Below, in pieces: positions 37,314 through 48,628 of a stretch of 64,000 bases of DNA (positions within the stretch are counted from its first letter, which is position 1; every line of letters starts with the position of its first letter). Source of the stretch: Patescibacteria group bacterium (lineage in GTDB: Bacteria; Patescibacteriota; Minisyncoccia; Phycocordibacterales; GCA-2747955); the NCBI GenBank assembly GCA_048538215.1, contig JBLYPV010000001.1, positions 254,196 to 318,195 on the forward strand, written 5' to 3'. Position numbers and translations under genes: made by a program. The notes under the pieces are model-generated. The model worked only from the letters and a program-made list of their open reading frames with translations, ran no database searches and had not been told where the DNA came from.

Positions 37314-38378
37314 TTATGAATCCAGCCCACGCATCCCCAACCCAATTGCTACTGAAAATTCAGGGCCAGCATCACGCAAAGTATCTTCCAGAAAAGCAGG
37401 TGTATCTACCTTATTAAAGGGATGAGCGATGGACACCTCTGTCTCTAAAGACTCTACCACATAAGGCATTACTCCTTTCAAAATTGAGCCTCCTCCAGTA
37501 AGAATTACCTCTTCGATATTTTTACGATTTGATTTTTGATAGCTTAAGATAATCTTTTTTACTTCGGTAAGAATACGATCAAGGTCTACAGGAATCCGCT
37601 GAGATTCTTCGATTTGTCTTTGTAGCTCTTCTGCTTGAGCAATATTGAGATCTTCTCCAATAGCAGAAAGCTTGCGCTGGGTCTCAAGTGATTTAATCAT
37701 ATTTTGGCTTCCAACAGGAATTACCTGTGATTTTTGCACTATTCCGTACTCTATAATATAGATTTTGGTAATAGAGGCGCCAATATCAATAATAGCTGAG
37801 CTATTATTCTCATGACGCAAAACCGAACGAATAGTGGAGAAGGTCTCGATCTCGAGAAATTGCAGATCAAGCTTTGCTTGATCAGCTATCTCTTTAAATT
37901 TATTAAGAGTATCTTTATGAATAGCAACAACCATTATTGTTTGAAAATTATCTTTTTCTCCGTCATTATTAAGATTAGGAATTATCGACCAGTCCAAAGA
38001 TACTTCTGATACCGATACTGGAATATAGCGCCGAGCTTCCAAACGCACCATTTCATCTAATTTAGAATCAGACATCTTGGGCATTTTCATGTTAAAAACT
38101 AAAGATGATTTAAGTGGGATAGATAGACCAGCCGTGCGCGCATCGACCTGCGACTCACGCAGTAAATCTCGTAGTGCCTCTGCATATTGAGGGGTATCAA
38201 GACGCACAGAGTGCCCGATTTCTTTTCCAGCATATGGCCCTAAAGCAATTTCACCGAATGTATCAAGACTAATAACGCCCTTCTGACGAGAGAGTTGGAC
38301 GACTTTAATAGAAGAAGATCCTATATCAACGCCGACGAATTTATTAGAATGTGATCGCCTAAATAATGAACCGAACAT
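37314..38378 (-). CDS. pilM: type IV pilus assembly protein PilM
   Basis: GVDIGSSSIKVVQL, IDIGA..T, ILTGGGS.L.G, VAIGLGMR. Confidence 0.95.
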   Translation of the reverse strand: MFGSLFRRSHSNKFVGVDIGSSSIKVVQLSRQKGVISLDTFGEIALGPYAGKEIGHSVRLDTPQYAEALRDLLRESQVDARTAGLSIPLKSSLVFNMKMPKMSDSKLDEMVRLEARRYIPVSVSEVSLDWSIIPNLNNDGEKDNFQTIMVVAIHKDTLNKFKEIADQAKLDLQFLEIETFSTIRSVLRHENNSSAIIDIGASITKIYIIEYGIVQKSQVIPVGSQNMIKSLETQRKLSAIGEDLNIAQAEELQRQIEESQRIPVDLDRILTEVKKIILSYQKSNRKNIEEVILTGGGSILKGVMPYVVESLETEVSIAHPFNKVDTPAFLEDTLRDAGPEFSVAIGLGMRGLDS

Positions 38379-38399
38379 ATGCTATGGTTATAATATAAG

Positions 38400-39104
38400 A
38401 TGTCTATTATGATACGAGGTACACTAAAAATTGTAACATACCCCTGGAATAAAATTGAACCGCTTATACACTTATGTTTACGAGAAATCTTTGGAGTAAG
38501 CCCTGATTATCACCGTGCTATCCTAGATTATTGGCAAAAAAATGGGATTTATTATTACCGACCATTTCGTGATACTTCTATGGCTACTATTTGTCTTTTG
38601 CCCTACCGTCATCCCTCGGTCCACCACGGTATTTATCAAATGAAATATCGTAACAAAACAAGCTACCTACCACTTTTTGGCCTTCTTATAAAAGATTTCT
38701 TAATTGATTACCTATCTGAGACAAGCCAAACACACCATTTTGTCGATCCCATCCTCCTCGTTGTCCCAAGCTCAAGAAAAAGTATTCGTACTCGAGGACG
38801 ACATCTGACTTATGAATTAGCTCTCCATGCTTGCAAACAAGGATTAGCAGACTGGGTAGAGTACGAGCCTGCACTGCTTGGCCTCGCACGCACTCCTCAT
38901 AAACAAAGTCGTCTTCGCTCCAAACAAGCTCGCCTTGCCAACCCACGAGGTGCTTATCGTATTAAGCATCCTCAACACGTATTTCAACGCAATATTATCT
39001 TACTTGATGATATTTATACTACTGGAGCTACTCTTGATGAAATTAGTAAGATACTCAAGCAAGCAGGGGTATCCAAGATTACACGCATTACTATTGCTCA
39101 CTAA
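38400..39104 (+). CDS. comF: ComF family phosphoribosyltransferase-like competence protein
   Basis: KY motif, VP.S..S.R.RG, ILLDDIYTTGATL. Confidence 0.85.
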   Translation: MSIMIRGTLKIVTYPWNKIEPLIHLCLREIFGVSPDYHRAILDYWQKNGIYYYRPFRDTSMATICLLPYRHPSVHHGIYQMKYRNKTSYLPLFGLLIKDFLIDYLSETSQTHHFVDPILLVVPSSRKSIRTRGRHLTYELALHACKQGLADWVEYEPALLGLARTPHKQSRLRSKQARLANPRGAYRIKHPQHVFQRNIILLDDIYTTGATLDEISKILKQAGVSKITRITIAH

Positions 39105-40170
39105 TGTATCCTTGTACTACCTGCCCCATTGCTTCTACTTGGCTCAGTAGCGATTGTGAATACCCTGTTTCATTATCGTACCAAACCATAATTTTTACGA
39201 GCTTCCCGACTACACGAGTAAAGGCTGGATCAATAATTACTATGTGTCTGTCACCAATAATGTCGGATGATACTATCTGGTCTTCTTCTACCCGCAGGAG
39301 ACCTTGATAGCGATCTTCTTTGGCTGCATCGCGAAATATATTATTGACCTCCTCGGCGCTCGTTTCTCGACTTGAAATAAAAGTAATATCTGCAATTGAG
39401 CCCGTTATTACAGGTACTCGAAGCGCAATACCATCAAATTGATTTTCTAAATCTGGAATAGCTTTGGTAGTAGCAATGGCTGATCCGGTAGATGAAGGAA
39501 TGATATTGACTGCGCCAGCACGCATTTTGCGGTAATCATTCTTGCCCGGCCTTGGTGCATCTACTATTGATTGGCTTGCTGTATAGCTATGGATGGTATT
39601 GAGGAGAGCGCTCTCTACCCCTACTGTTTTGCGCATTATATCCAAAGGTATCCCCCCAGCATTTGTGGTACAGGAGGCATTTGAAGTAATGTCACAACTA
39701 GCAATCTCGTTATCATTGACCCCCATTAAAACAGTAGCCCCTTTGCGATTCACTCCAAAGCTCATTCCCTGTGCATCTTTTACTGGTGCAGAAATGACTA
39801 CACGCTTCGCTCCTGCCTCTAAGTGCGCATTACTTTTTTCAAAACTTGTAAAAACACCTGTGCACTCTGCTACCACATCTACTACTAGCTCCCCCCACGG
39901 CAACTCACCTGGCTCACGAATTGAATAAAAAGGTATAGCTTTTTCTCCTACTTGCAAATAGGAGCTATCGCCTTCTTCTATCGCCTCCACATTAAGCACT
40001 AATTCTTTTTGAGCAGAATCATACTTCAAAAGATAGGCCATATTTTTTACATCTCCTAAATCATTGATAGCGACTATCTCAACAGAGTCACTTTCCTGGG
40101 CAAGCTTGAAAAATAAGCGCCCAATTCGACCAAACCCATTAATAGCTACTCGTATTTTTTTCTTAGACAT
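39091..40170 (-). CDS. gap: glyceraldehyde-3-phosphate dehydrogenase
   Basis: INGFGRIGR, SNASCTTN, WYDNE.GYS. Confidence 0.97.
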   Translation of the reverse strand: MSKKKIRVAINGFGRIGRLFFKLAQESDSVEIVAINDLGDVKNMAYLLKYDSAQKELVLNVEAIEEGDSSYLQVGEKAIPFYSIREPGELPWGELVVDVVAECTGVFTSFEKSNAHLEAGAKRVVISAPVKDAQGMSFGVNRKGATVLMGVNDNEIASCDITSNASCTTNAGGIPLDIMRKTVGVESALLNTIHSYTASQSIVDAPRPGKNDYRKMRAGAVNIIPSSTGSAIATTKAIPDLENQFDGIALRVPVITGSIADITFISSRETSAEEVNNIFRDAAKEDRYQGLLRVEEDQIVSSDIIGDRHIVIIDPAFTRVVGKLVKIMVWYDNETGYSQSLLSQVEAMGQVVQGYISEQ

Positions 40171-40265
40171 ACACCCATTATACACCACCTGCCCTAGAGA
40201 TTTGTACACACAAATAAAAAGGCCCGGATGAGCCCAGCGCCTTGGCGCTGGGCTCATTCCCGGGT

Positions 40266-40904
40266 CTAATCTGCTTGGGCGAGAAGCTTATCAAGCTCCT
40301 CGTGTCCCCGCTGGTAGCGAGGCAACACCTCAGTGGCGAGGAACTCTGCAATTTCCCACTCAGGCATTGAGGCGAGAAACTTTCGAGGATCTTCATGCCC
40401 CATATCCCAAATGATGCCAAAAATAATCAAGCGCATCACTGAGCCTAAGGGGCGATGATGCTCTAACATACCGAGCTCTTCGAGCGTCCACTCGGCTGTC
40501 AGGGCAAAATCATCCTCTGGCAATTCATCTGCATCCGTGGAGAGATACCGATGAAAAGCTCTTTCGCTCGTCCACAGCATCCCGTAATCGCCATTTTCCT
40601 TGCTTTGATACAGGGTGATCTCTGCCATGGCATACCGGCAGTCCATCCGGCAATCTCGCTCCTCCAGCAAGTCATCAATCGATACCATGGCAGTATTGAT
40701 CTTTTCAATCGCCATGGTGTGCTCGCGATATGATGCCTCGATGGGATCAAGCTCTTGTGAAGTGGCTTTGACGGCCACCACCGCGAGCAGAAGCCCGATT
40801 ACAATAAATATGCACAGGCTTCCCCATCCCCAAATGAAGATGGTATCCTGAATCCAATGCTTATACTTTTGCCTCATCACTCCTTTTCCTCCCTTTTTAG
40901 CCAA
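40266..40904 (-). CDS. orphan membrane-anchored hypothetical protein
   Basis: Long ORF with TM helix, SD and GC hairpin terminator; start uncertain. Confidence 0.6.
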   Translation of the reverse strand: MAKKGGKGVMRQKYKHWIQDTIFIWGWGSLCIFIVIGLLLAVVAVKATSQELDPIEASYREHTMAIEKINTAMVSIDDLLEERDCRMDCRYAMAEITLYQSKENGDYGMLWTSERAFHRYLSTDADELPEDDFALTAEWTLEELGMLEHHRPLGSVMRLIIFGIIWDMGHEDPRKFLASMPEWEIAEFLATEVLPRYQRGHEELDKLLAQAD

Positions 40905-40992
40905 GACAAGACTTGACTTTACCCTATAAGAATGTCTTTGTATCCAAGTGTAGCATTATCTAATGCACACGCAAGCGAATGTTGTGTACTTA

Positions 40993-41868
40993 TTATGATG
41001 AGCTATGGACTGGATAGCTCCCTAATACACGCACCAAATCACTATGCTCACGCAGTACCACAAGGGCCCCCAGTGAAGCTGGATCATCTAATTTTCGATT
41101 ATAATCAAGATAAAAAAGATAATCATATGATCCATCTTTGCTTCTACGAGATTCAAGCTTCGACATATTTATTCCTGCTCCTGCAAAGCCCGATATGCAT
41201 TGGTACAAGCTTCCCGCCTCTTCTTTGGCAGCGAAAATAACGGTAGTTTTATATTTTTCATCATTACTATCCTCTATAATATTTTCAAAATTAAAGTGCT
41301 CATCTTTTCGTTTGACTAAAAGAAAGCGAGTGGTGTTGTTATTCTCATTCTGAATTTGTTCTGCCACAATCTCCAAGCCATACATTTCTGCAGCACGCTT
41401 ACTACACACTGCCGCCCGAGTCTTATCTCCCATTTCCGACACCATTTTGGCTGCCCCTGCTGTATCGTGATATGCGAGTGTAGGAATATGATGATTGCGT
41501 AAAAATTCAGAACACTGAGACAGAGCTTGTGTGTGCGAATAAGCAGTAGCAATATCTTGTATCTTTGTTCCTGGAATAACTGCAAGCATATGATCTACCC
41601 GAAAGTAATATTCAGCTATAATCTCTACATCATATTTAAGAAACATATCAATCGCTTGATGCACAGTGCCTGCATGCGAATTAGATACAGGCACCCAGCC
41701 AATTCCTGTACTATGTACTATAGATTCAAAAAGCCCTTCAAAGAAATCTTGCTCCTCAAGAGGGCTTATTGTAATGCCGTATGTATTCGCAAATTCTAGC
41801 AACGATGCTTCGCTGTATGAGCCAGGGATACCCTGGTAAACGACTCGGAGATTCTCCTGCTCATTCAT
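40993..41868 (-). CDS. pheA: prephenate dehydratase (PDT + ACT)
   Basis: YQG.PGSYSE, SH.QALSQC, N.TRF, INMSKLESR, LGSYP. Confidence 0.92.
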   Translation of the reverse strand: MNEQENLRVVYQGIPGSYSEASLLEFANTYGITISPLEEQDFFEGLFESIVHSTGIGWVPVSNSHAGTVHQAIDMFLKYDVEIIAEYYFRVDHMLAVIPGTKIQDIATAYSHTQALSQCSEFLRNHHIPTLAYHDTAGAAKMVSEMGDKTRAAVCSKRAAEMYGLEIVAEQIQNENNNTTRFLLVKRKDEHFNFENIIEDSNDEKYKTTVIFAAKEEAGSLYQCISGFAGAGINMSKLESRRSKDGSYDYLFYLDYNRKLDDPASLGALVVLREHSDLVRVLGSYPVHSSS

Positions 41869-41998
41869 ATTGCGCCAGAGTATATCAGAAGCTAAGCTAA
41901 ATACCAATTGCCTTATCATAATCTATGCGTATAATACAGCCCGACGCGAAATTTCTCGCGTTTGTGCTTTCACTAAGATAAGGGAGGACTATTTGAAA

Positions 41999-42211
41999 AT
42001 GAAGCTCTCGGTCAAAAAAACAAGCGGAGAGGCATTTCTCCGAAGCCTCGAAAAGAAGGTGCTCGAGCTTGATTTTGCCATCAAGCGCGAGGAGAAATGC
42101 CCAGCCCAAAACTGGGCACTTATCCATGAGCTCAAGAAGCAGAGGCTCCTGATCAAGGACAAGATGGCTCTGCTTGAGCGCGAGCTTGCGCCAGACAGAG
42201 CTACCGTCTGA
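41999..42211 (+). CDS. DUF465/YdcH-like small coiled-coil protein
   Basis: 'LD..I...E......I.ELKKQRL.IKD.M'; GGGAGG SD. Confidence 0.65.
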   Translation: MKLSVKKTSGEAFLRSLEKKVLELDFAIKREEKCPAQNWALIHELKKQRLLIKDKMALLERELAPDRATV

Positions 42212-42318
42212 GGTCTGAGAAATGGCGTGGGGGGTCTATTCTCCCCCGCCGACTCACAAAATATATTTTCCGCCCCAACAAATGGGCGTTTTATTTTTTA
42301 AAATTCTGAGGTCGCGGA

Positions 42319-45048
42319 TTAGAATTTTTTTGCCTTTTTGAGGGTTGTGGCAAGGTATTTACCAGTGAGTGACTGGCTATTACTTGCCACCTGTTCTGGT
42401 GTGCCCGTAGCTACAATCTTGCCACCCTTCGCTCCGCCCTCAGGACCAAAATCAATGATATGATCGCAAATTTTAATAAAATCAAGGTTGTGCTCAATCA
42501 CCACTACACTATTGCCTCTCTCTACCAAAAGCTCAAGGATCTGATTGAGCCGAGCCACATCATCGTAGTGTAAGCCCACGGTAGGCTCATCAAGTAAGTA
42601 TATAGTACGCTCGGTAAATGGACGATAAAGCTCTGAAGCAATTTTTACTCTTTGTGCTTCTCCGCCAGATAAGGTTGTCGCTGGCTGACCAATTTTTAAG
42701 TATCCCAGCCCCACTTCATCTAAGGTCTTGAGTCGATCATACACAGCAGGAATATCCTGCCAAAATGCAAGGGCTGTTTGTATATTCATCTCAAGTACCT
42801 CGTGGATATTTTTACCCTTGTAAGTGACCTCGAGTGTTTCTTTGTTGAATCGTTTGCCGTGACACACATCGCAATCTACATATACAGTAGGTAAGAAATG
42901 CATCTCTACTGCTACATAGCCATTTCCTTGACAAGCTTCACAGCGCCCTCCCTTTACATTGAAGCTGAATCTCCCTGGCTTGTATCCTCGTACCCGTGCT
43001 TCAGATGTTTCGGCGAAGATATCACGAATATGGGTAAACATTCCTGTATATGTGGCCGGATTAGATCGTGGAGTACGCCCAATAGGGCTTTGGTCAATGG
43101 AGATGGCCCGAGTAAGATACTCCAAGCCGGTAATTTTGGCACAATTGATAGTCTCAGCACTACGCTTTTTTCTATCGAATGTCTTTTCAAGATTGCGATA
43201 TAAAACATCATGAACAAATGATGATTTACCCGATCCTGATACACCAGTAATAGCCACGAGCTTTCCTAATGGCACCTTGGCATTGAGATTATGTATATTG
43301 TGAATAGAAGCACCAGTAATTGTGATGCTTCCTTTATCACGTGAACGGCGTGATTCTGGCAAGGCAATGCCAATCTCCCCACGCAAATAGCCAAGAGTGC
43401 GAGATTGTGTCGTATTGCTCTTTGCTTCCAATAAATCCTCGAGCCAATCCGATACCACCACCTCTCCCCCATAGATACCGGCCTGTGGGCCAATATCTAC
43501 TAAATAGTCTGCAGAATAGATTACATCTTCATCATGCTCTACTACAATTACAGTATTACCTAAATCTCGTAATTTGTGTAGCGTATGAATCAGTCGGTCA
43601 TTATCACGCTGGTGCAAGCCAATCGTAGGCTCATCAAGTACGTACATTGCCCCAACTAAGCCTGATCCAAGCTGGCTTGCTAGGCGAATTCGTTGTGCTT
43701 CTCCTCCAGATAATGTGCTCGCTCGACGGTCAAGTGTAAGATACTCTATCCCTACATTGAGCATAAAAGAAAGCCGATCAGTAATTTCTTTCATAACTGG
43801 CAAAGAAATACTCGTTTCTTGATCTGATAATTCAAGAGTAGCAAAAAAATCATATGCCTCTTCGATAGTCATAGAGCTAACATCCGCAATATTTTTTCCC
43901 ACAGCTTGGGAATGTGCAAAGTGAGCAATTGGCGAGCTCGCACTTTTCCCTGAGCCGATGAATACTGCTAATGATTCTTTGCGTAGCCGTGTACCACCAC
44001 ACTCAAGACAAGGCTCTTTACCAAAGAAAAATCTACTACCCGTACCATTACATACCTCGCATGCCCCCGCAGGAGAATTAAAGGAAAAAAGTCGTGGCTC
44101 AAGCTCTCCAAAGGAAAAGCCATCGTGTGGACAGGCATACTTAGCAGAAAGCAAAAATTCTTTTTTGATGTCTTGCACCTCTTCTTTATCACTCTTGCTA
44201 TTTGTATCAAATTCTAGTGTCAATTGAATAAGCCCCTCTGATTCATCTAGAGCTTTTTCCACCCCTTCTGCTAACCGTGTATAAAAATCTTTATCCTCTG
44301 TAGCAAACTCTGAAAAATAATATTCATCCATTAATACTTCAATGGTGTGTTTTTTATTTTTACCCAAATTAATTTTTTCTCGTAATGAATACAGCTTGCC
44401 GTCTACTCGTACAAAGGCATAGCCCTTACCAAGCAAGTCATACAAAAGCTGATAGTACTCCCCTTTTCGCTCACGGACTACGGGGGCAAAAAGTAGTATA
44501 CGAGAATTATCAATATCTACCCCCATTACTTTACGACTTGTATGTGATTGTTTGATTGCTTCTCGAGCACCCTCTATTTTTTCTTGTATAAAATGTACTA
44601 TCTCATCTACCGATAGCTTGCTAATCTCTCGCCCACACTCCAAACAATATGGACGCCCAATCCGAGCAAATAACACACGAAGATAATCATAAATCTCAGT
44701 GATAGTAGCAACGGTGGAGCGAGGGTTATTCGAACGAGATTTTTGATCAATAGCAATAGCAGGCGAAAGACCTCGAATTTCGTCTACATCGGGCTTTTGC
44801 ATCTGATTGAGAAACTGGCGTGCATAGGCAGAAAGTGATTCTATGTATCGCCGTTGTCCTTCAGCAAAAATTGTATCAAAGGCTAGTGATGATTTTCCCG
44901 AGCCCGAAAGACCAGTAATAACTACCATTTTGTTGCGCGGTATATACACATCAATATTTTTAAGATTGTGTGTGCGTGCTCCCAAGATAGCTATTTCAGA
45001 AGTACCCTGTGTACCTATATCTCTTTTATTTGATTTTTCCTTACTCAT
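42319..45048 (-). CDS. uvrA: excinuclease ABC subunit A
   Basis: Two ABC modules ([24 protein letters not shown]) and Zn fingers. Confidence 0.98.
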   Translation of the reverse strand: MSKEKSNKRDIGTQGTSEIAILGARTHNLKNIDVYIPRNKMVVITGLSGSGKSSLAFDTIFAEGQRRYIESLSAYARQFLNQMQKPDVDEIRGLSPAIAIDQKSRSNNPRSTVATITEIYDYLRVLFARIGRPYCLECGREISKLSVDEIVHFIQEKIEGAREAIKQSHTSRKVMGVDIDNSRILLFAPVVRERKGEYYQLLYDLLGKGYAFVRVDGKLYSLREKINLGKNKKHTIEVLMDEYYFSEFATEDKDFYTRLAEGVEKALDESEGLIQLTLEFDTNSKSDKEEVQDIKKEFLLSAKYACPHDGFSFGELEPRLFSFNSPAGACEVCNGTGSRFFFGKEPCLECGGTRLRKESLAVFIGSGKSASSPIAHFAHSQAVGKNIADVSSMTIEEAYDFFATLELSDQETSISLPVMKEITDRLSFMLNVGIEYLTLDRRASTLSGGEAQRIRLASQLGSGLVGAMYVLDEPTIGLHQRDNDRLIHTLHKLRDLGNTVIVVEHDEDVIYSADYLVDIGPQAGIYGGEVVVSDWLEDLLEAKSNTTQSRTLGYLRGEIGIALPESRRSRDKGSITITGASIHNIHNLNAKVPLGKLVAITGVSGSGKSSFVHDVLYRNLEKTFDRKKRSAETINCAKITGLEYLTRAISIDQSPIGRTPRSNPATYTGMFTHIRDIFAETSEARVRGYKPGRFSFNVKGGRCEACQGNGYVAVEMHFLPTVYVDCDVCHGKRFNKETLEVTYKGKNIHEVLEMNIQTALAFWQDIPAVYDRLKTLDEVGLGYLKIGQPATTLSGGEAQRVKIASELYRPFTERTIYLLDEPTVGLHYDDVARLNQILELLVERGNSVVVIEHNLDFIKICDHIIDFGPEGGAKGGKIVATGTPEQVASNSQSLTGKYLATTLKKAKKF

Positions 45049-45192
45049 TGCTCGGCAATTGTATCATACCTTCAGACTACATTGAGACTAGATCGGGATG
45101 TGCTTCTTACTAAAATATTGACTTTTGGTAATTTTTTGGTTAATTTATTAGCCAAGTGAATATTGTATACACTCAAGTTTCGGGAGGAAACA

Positions 45193-45369
45193 ATGAATGT
45201 AAGTATTGTAAAGACTCTGCCTCGGGACACCATTGATCCGAGGCAAAAAGAACAAGACAATCCAACCTGTCCGTATCATCGAGAGGTACCGATGATTCAA
45301 GGCTTTGACGGAGGAGGCGGTAAGCCTACTCTCTGTCCTGCCTGCGAACGGGAAAAAATGAATTTCTGA
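45193..45369 (+). CDS. small zinc-ribbon protein
   Basis: CPYH...CPAC; GGGAGG SD; terminator follows. Confidence 0.6.
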   Translation: MNVSIVKTLPRDTIDPRQKEQDNPTCPYHREVPMIQGFDGGGGKPTLCPACEREKMNF

Positions 45370-45501
45370 ATTCTCGAAGCCGGCGCGCTTGCGCGCCGGC
45401 TTTTGCTTTGACTACTACGCTCTCTAGTGCTATCATAAAAATCTGAAAGCTCCTTCTATATGGGGAGCTATTTTCTATTCTTGGAAAGAAAGGATCTCCT
45501 T

Positions 45502-45762
45502 ATGTTTGATTGCTACGGTGCTCAGTCTACCCATCAAGTGACCAACACCCTGCTTTACTTTCCACCCTTGGTGGGGCAAACGCGCCCCGTCCTAGCATCT
45601 TCGGAATCACGAGCACGAGAATTATATCTCCTGCGTCGCTTCAAGCAGAAGCACCTGAATCTCAATTGTGCAGGTTGTGGGAAATCGGTATTTTTTGCAC
45701 GAAGGATCTGGACTGAACACGAGAATGCTCTCTACTGCGCTAGCTGTGTCAGCCCGGAATGA
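45502..45762 (+). CDS. small zinc-finger protein
   Basis: CAGC...YCASC; AAGGA SD. Confidence 0.55.
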   Translation: MFDCYGAQSTHQVTNTLLYFPPLVGQTRPVLASSESRARELYLLRRFKQKHLNLNCAGCGKSVFFARRIWTEHENALYCASCVSPE

Positions 45763-45801
45763 ACAAAGCCATATGGGTGTAGCGAAAGCTACACCCATTA
45801 A

Positions 45802-47646
45802 TTAATTTTTATCATTATTTTCAACATATCCGAGCTCTTTTGCGAGGCTCTCCAATTCTTTTTGTAGTTCTTTGATGCGACTTATGCTTGATTCCCAGAA
45901 AGATGCATCTCGTATATTAATTCCCACCTCACTAAATATTGCTTCTGTAGATTTGCTCGTACCTGCTCGCATAAATTGCTTTACCTGATCTATCGCTTTC
46001 GCGTCTTTTCGTACCATTTGCTGAAGTGCCATTGATATCATCTGACCAGAAGCATATGTATATACATAAAATGGTCGACGAAAATGTCCTACATACATCC
46101 ACCAATTTTCGCTCCCTGAGTCTTGAGACACCGCAGGGCCCATATATGATTTCATATGTTTTTGGAATAACGCACCAATTTCCGTATTTGATACATAGCC
46201 ATATTTCCGCGCTGTTGTATGTAAGTCTTGCTCAAAATTATAGAATGCTACCTGACGAAAAATTGTAGAAACAAGATCATCCATTTTTTGCATCATAATT
46301 ACTAAACGCTCTTTAGTAGTAGCTTCTTTTAGTAATTCCTCAAGGGTAAAATCTTCACAAAAAGTAGAGGCGACTTCCGCAGTAGCTAGTGTCGTGCCAC
46401 AGTATAATACTCCTTGGCTTGGGCGCATTAATTCATTATGTATACCATGCCCTGTCTCATGAGCAATCGTTTGCACATCACGTAGTCGATTACCATAATT
46501 AAGGAGAATATATGTTGGTGTGGTTTTAGAAGCACCAGCACAAAAAGCTCCATCAGCCTTAGCTTTTTTGGGATATACATCTATTCTCCCTTGTATGATA
46601 AATTTATCAAAATATCCTGCAAATTCTTTATCTAAATTTGTATATGCCTTAGATACTAATGCAACGGCCTCTTCGTAGCTAAACTTTTGGCTACTTGTGC
46701 CTATGCTCAAATTTCTTTCATGGTAGGCCAAACTATCTTGCTTTAGAATTCGTGCTTTTAATTTGTAATACTTGTGTACAATACTAAAATTTTTCCTGAC
46801 AACATCAATCATCGTATCTACTGTGCGTGAATCAATATCATCTGCAAGGTGTCGTGCCTGGTCTGGACGAGTATATCCTCGTTTATCATCAGTAATACGC
46901 TTACGCTCCAATACACTATTTATTTCTCGCTCAGTCACCGACGCTTGTCTACGCAAAATAGCATTAACGCCATCCGCTGCAGAATCACGTACTTTCTTTT
47001 TTGGATGACTTATATTGTTTAACAATATAGGCAAGGTACAAGCTTCTTTGATTAATTTTGTTTTGCCTTTTATTTCTATTTCATTCCAAGCTACCTCGGT
47101 ATCGTTTACAAGAAATTCTTCTTGCATATCAATCCAGTTGCCTTCAGATACTCCCGATAACAAGGTGAGGAGATTCTCTTCTTTTTGAGAAAGATTGTAT
47201 TGTGCTCTATCAAAAATACTTTTGAGATAAAAGTGGTATGCCTGCAAATTCTTGCTCGCTAAAAATTTTTTTTGTGTGGCTTTGTCTATTTGTGCCAACG
47301 ATAGTTCAAAAAATGACAAGGCATTGGATAGAGGTATATAAAATTCTTCATATTTTTTTAAAGCTCGCTTGATAGAAATATCAGCAGAATTAAGCGCCTG
47401 CCGTAATTGTAGATAGTAGCCTTCATTGCCAGGATACTCTAAAATATTTGTATACTCTTCTAAGGCTTGTTTCAATCGTGATACTCGAGATAGATAGCTC
47501 TTGTCTTTACTCCATGTATTTACAAAATCTGTAATTATTTTCTTAATTTTTGCTCGCTCCTTAGTAAATTGTGGATCATCAATCTTCTTACCAAGAATAG
47601 ACATATCCCATTCGGTAGCTAATTTTCGCTTTGACATATCCTGCAT
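45802..47646 (-). CDS. pepF: M3 family oligoendopeptidase F
   Basis: GAFC, T.AHETGHG.H, LATAEVAS.F.E, FYVY.YA.G. Confidence 0.92.
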   Translation of the reverse strand: MQDMSKRKLATEWDMSILGKKIDDPQFTKERAKIKKIITDFVNTWSKDKSYLSRVSRLKQALEEYTNILEYPGNEGYYLQLRQALNSADISIKRALKKYEEFYIPLSNALSFFELSLAQIDKATQKKFLASKNLQAYHFYLKSIFDRAQYNLSQKEENLLTLLSGVSEGNWIDMQEEFLVNDTEVAWNEIEIKGKTKLIKEACTLPILLNNISHPKKKVRDSAADGVNAILRRQASVTEREINSVLERKRITDDKRGYTRPDQARHLADDIDSRTVDTMIDVVRKNFSIVHKYYKLKARILKQDSLAYHERNLSIGTSSQKFSYEEAVALVSKAYTNLDKEFAGYFDKFIIQGRIDVYPKKAKADGAFCAGASKTTPTYILLNYGNRLRDVQTIAHETGHGIHNELMRPSQGVLYCGTTLATAEVASTFCEDFTLEELLKEATTKERLVIMMQKMDDLVSTIFRQVAFYNFEQDLHTTARKYGYVSNTEIGALFQKHMKSYMGPAVSQDSGSENWWMYVGHFRRPFYVYTYASGQMISMALQQMVRKDAKAIDQVKQFMRAGTSKSTEAIFSEVGINIRDASFWESSISRIKELQKELESLAKELGYVENNDKN

Positions 47647-47758
47647 TGTATCACAGTAGTCTTTGCATCATTATAATAGACACCCATAAACTCACCCCCC
47701 CCATATGATACCTTCTGTATTTACTTGTAATTATTTTATAAATGTATATAATTCTTGT

Positions 47759-47864
47759 TGATTGATCTGCCCGTATCTTCCGGGTCGAGCTTCCTCATCG
47801 TCGCTCTGCCTCCCCAGAAGATACGCTTTACCCGTCGATATCTGCTCTCGACGGGCTTTTTTTT
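47759..47864 (+). ncRNA. candidate structured small RNA
   Basis: TTGTAA-N16-TATAAT promoter; stem CGTATCTTC/GAAGATACG with C/U-rich loops; terminator CCCGTCGA/TCGACGGG followed by a U-tract; flanking genes on the minus strand. Confidence 0.5.
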
Positions 47865-47919
47865 ATTCAAAAGAAACCCGCTTGTATACAAGCGGGTTAT
47901 CTATATAAGACTAAGGCAA

Positions 47920-48525
47920 CTATCCCATACGCTCGGCCACTTTCCCCCAATCTATAATTTGCCAATGAGCATCCAGATACTGAGCTCGCTGATTTTGGTA
48001 TTTCAAATAGTAGGCGTGCTCCCATACATCAATCCCCAAGAGAGGGGTGAATGCTCCCTCTTGTTCTCGTACTACATCCATCAAAGGATTATCTTGATTG
48101 GCAGTAGAAAAAATCTTGAGCTCTCCAGATGAAGCATAGCCAAGCCATGCCCAACCTGAGCCAAATCTTCCCAAAGCTACTTGAGTAAACTTTTCCTTAA
48201 ATGCATCTATTGAACCAAAAGTTTCTGTAATGCGTGTTTCTAATTTGCTCGGCATTTCGCTAGCTTGAGGAGTGAGCGATTCCCAAAAAAATGAGTGGTT
48301 GTAGTGCCCTCCTGCATTATTACGAATTCCTACAGGATAGGCAGAGATATTGGCAAGCAATTTTTCCATACCAATATCTACCACTGAGTGTTCCTCTAGT
48401 AATCTATTAAGATTATCAATATATCCCTGGTGATGTTTACTATGATGAATTTCCATCGTGCGTGCATCAATTGCTGGCTCGAGGGCATCGTAGGCATATG
48501 TTAATTCCGGCAGTGTGTACTTCAT
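47920..48525 (-). CDS. sodA: Fe/Mn superoxide dismutase
   Basis: HHSKHH, NNAGGHYNH, FGSGWAWL, DVWEHAYY. Confidence 0.95.
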   Translation of the reverse strand: MKYTLPELTYAYDALEPAIDARTMEIHHSKHHQGYIDNLNRLLEEHSVVDIGMEKLLANISAYPVGIRNNAGGHYNHSFFWESLTPQASEMPSKLETRITETFGSIDAFKEKFTQVALGRFGSGWAWLGYASSGELKIFSTANQDNPLMDVVREQEGAFTPLLGIDVWEHAYYLKYQNQRAQYLDAHWQIIDWGKVAERMG

Positions 48526-48628
48526 AGATAGTGTGATTACAACTAATAACTATACTTATAGTATAACAAAATAGACAAATAAAAAATCGAGGCTAGTCGC
48601 GCGCTTCGCGCGCGACTCCTCGACTTGC

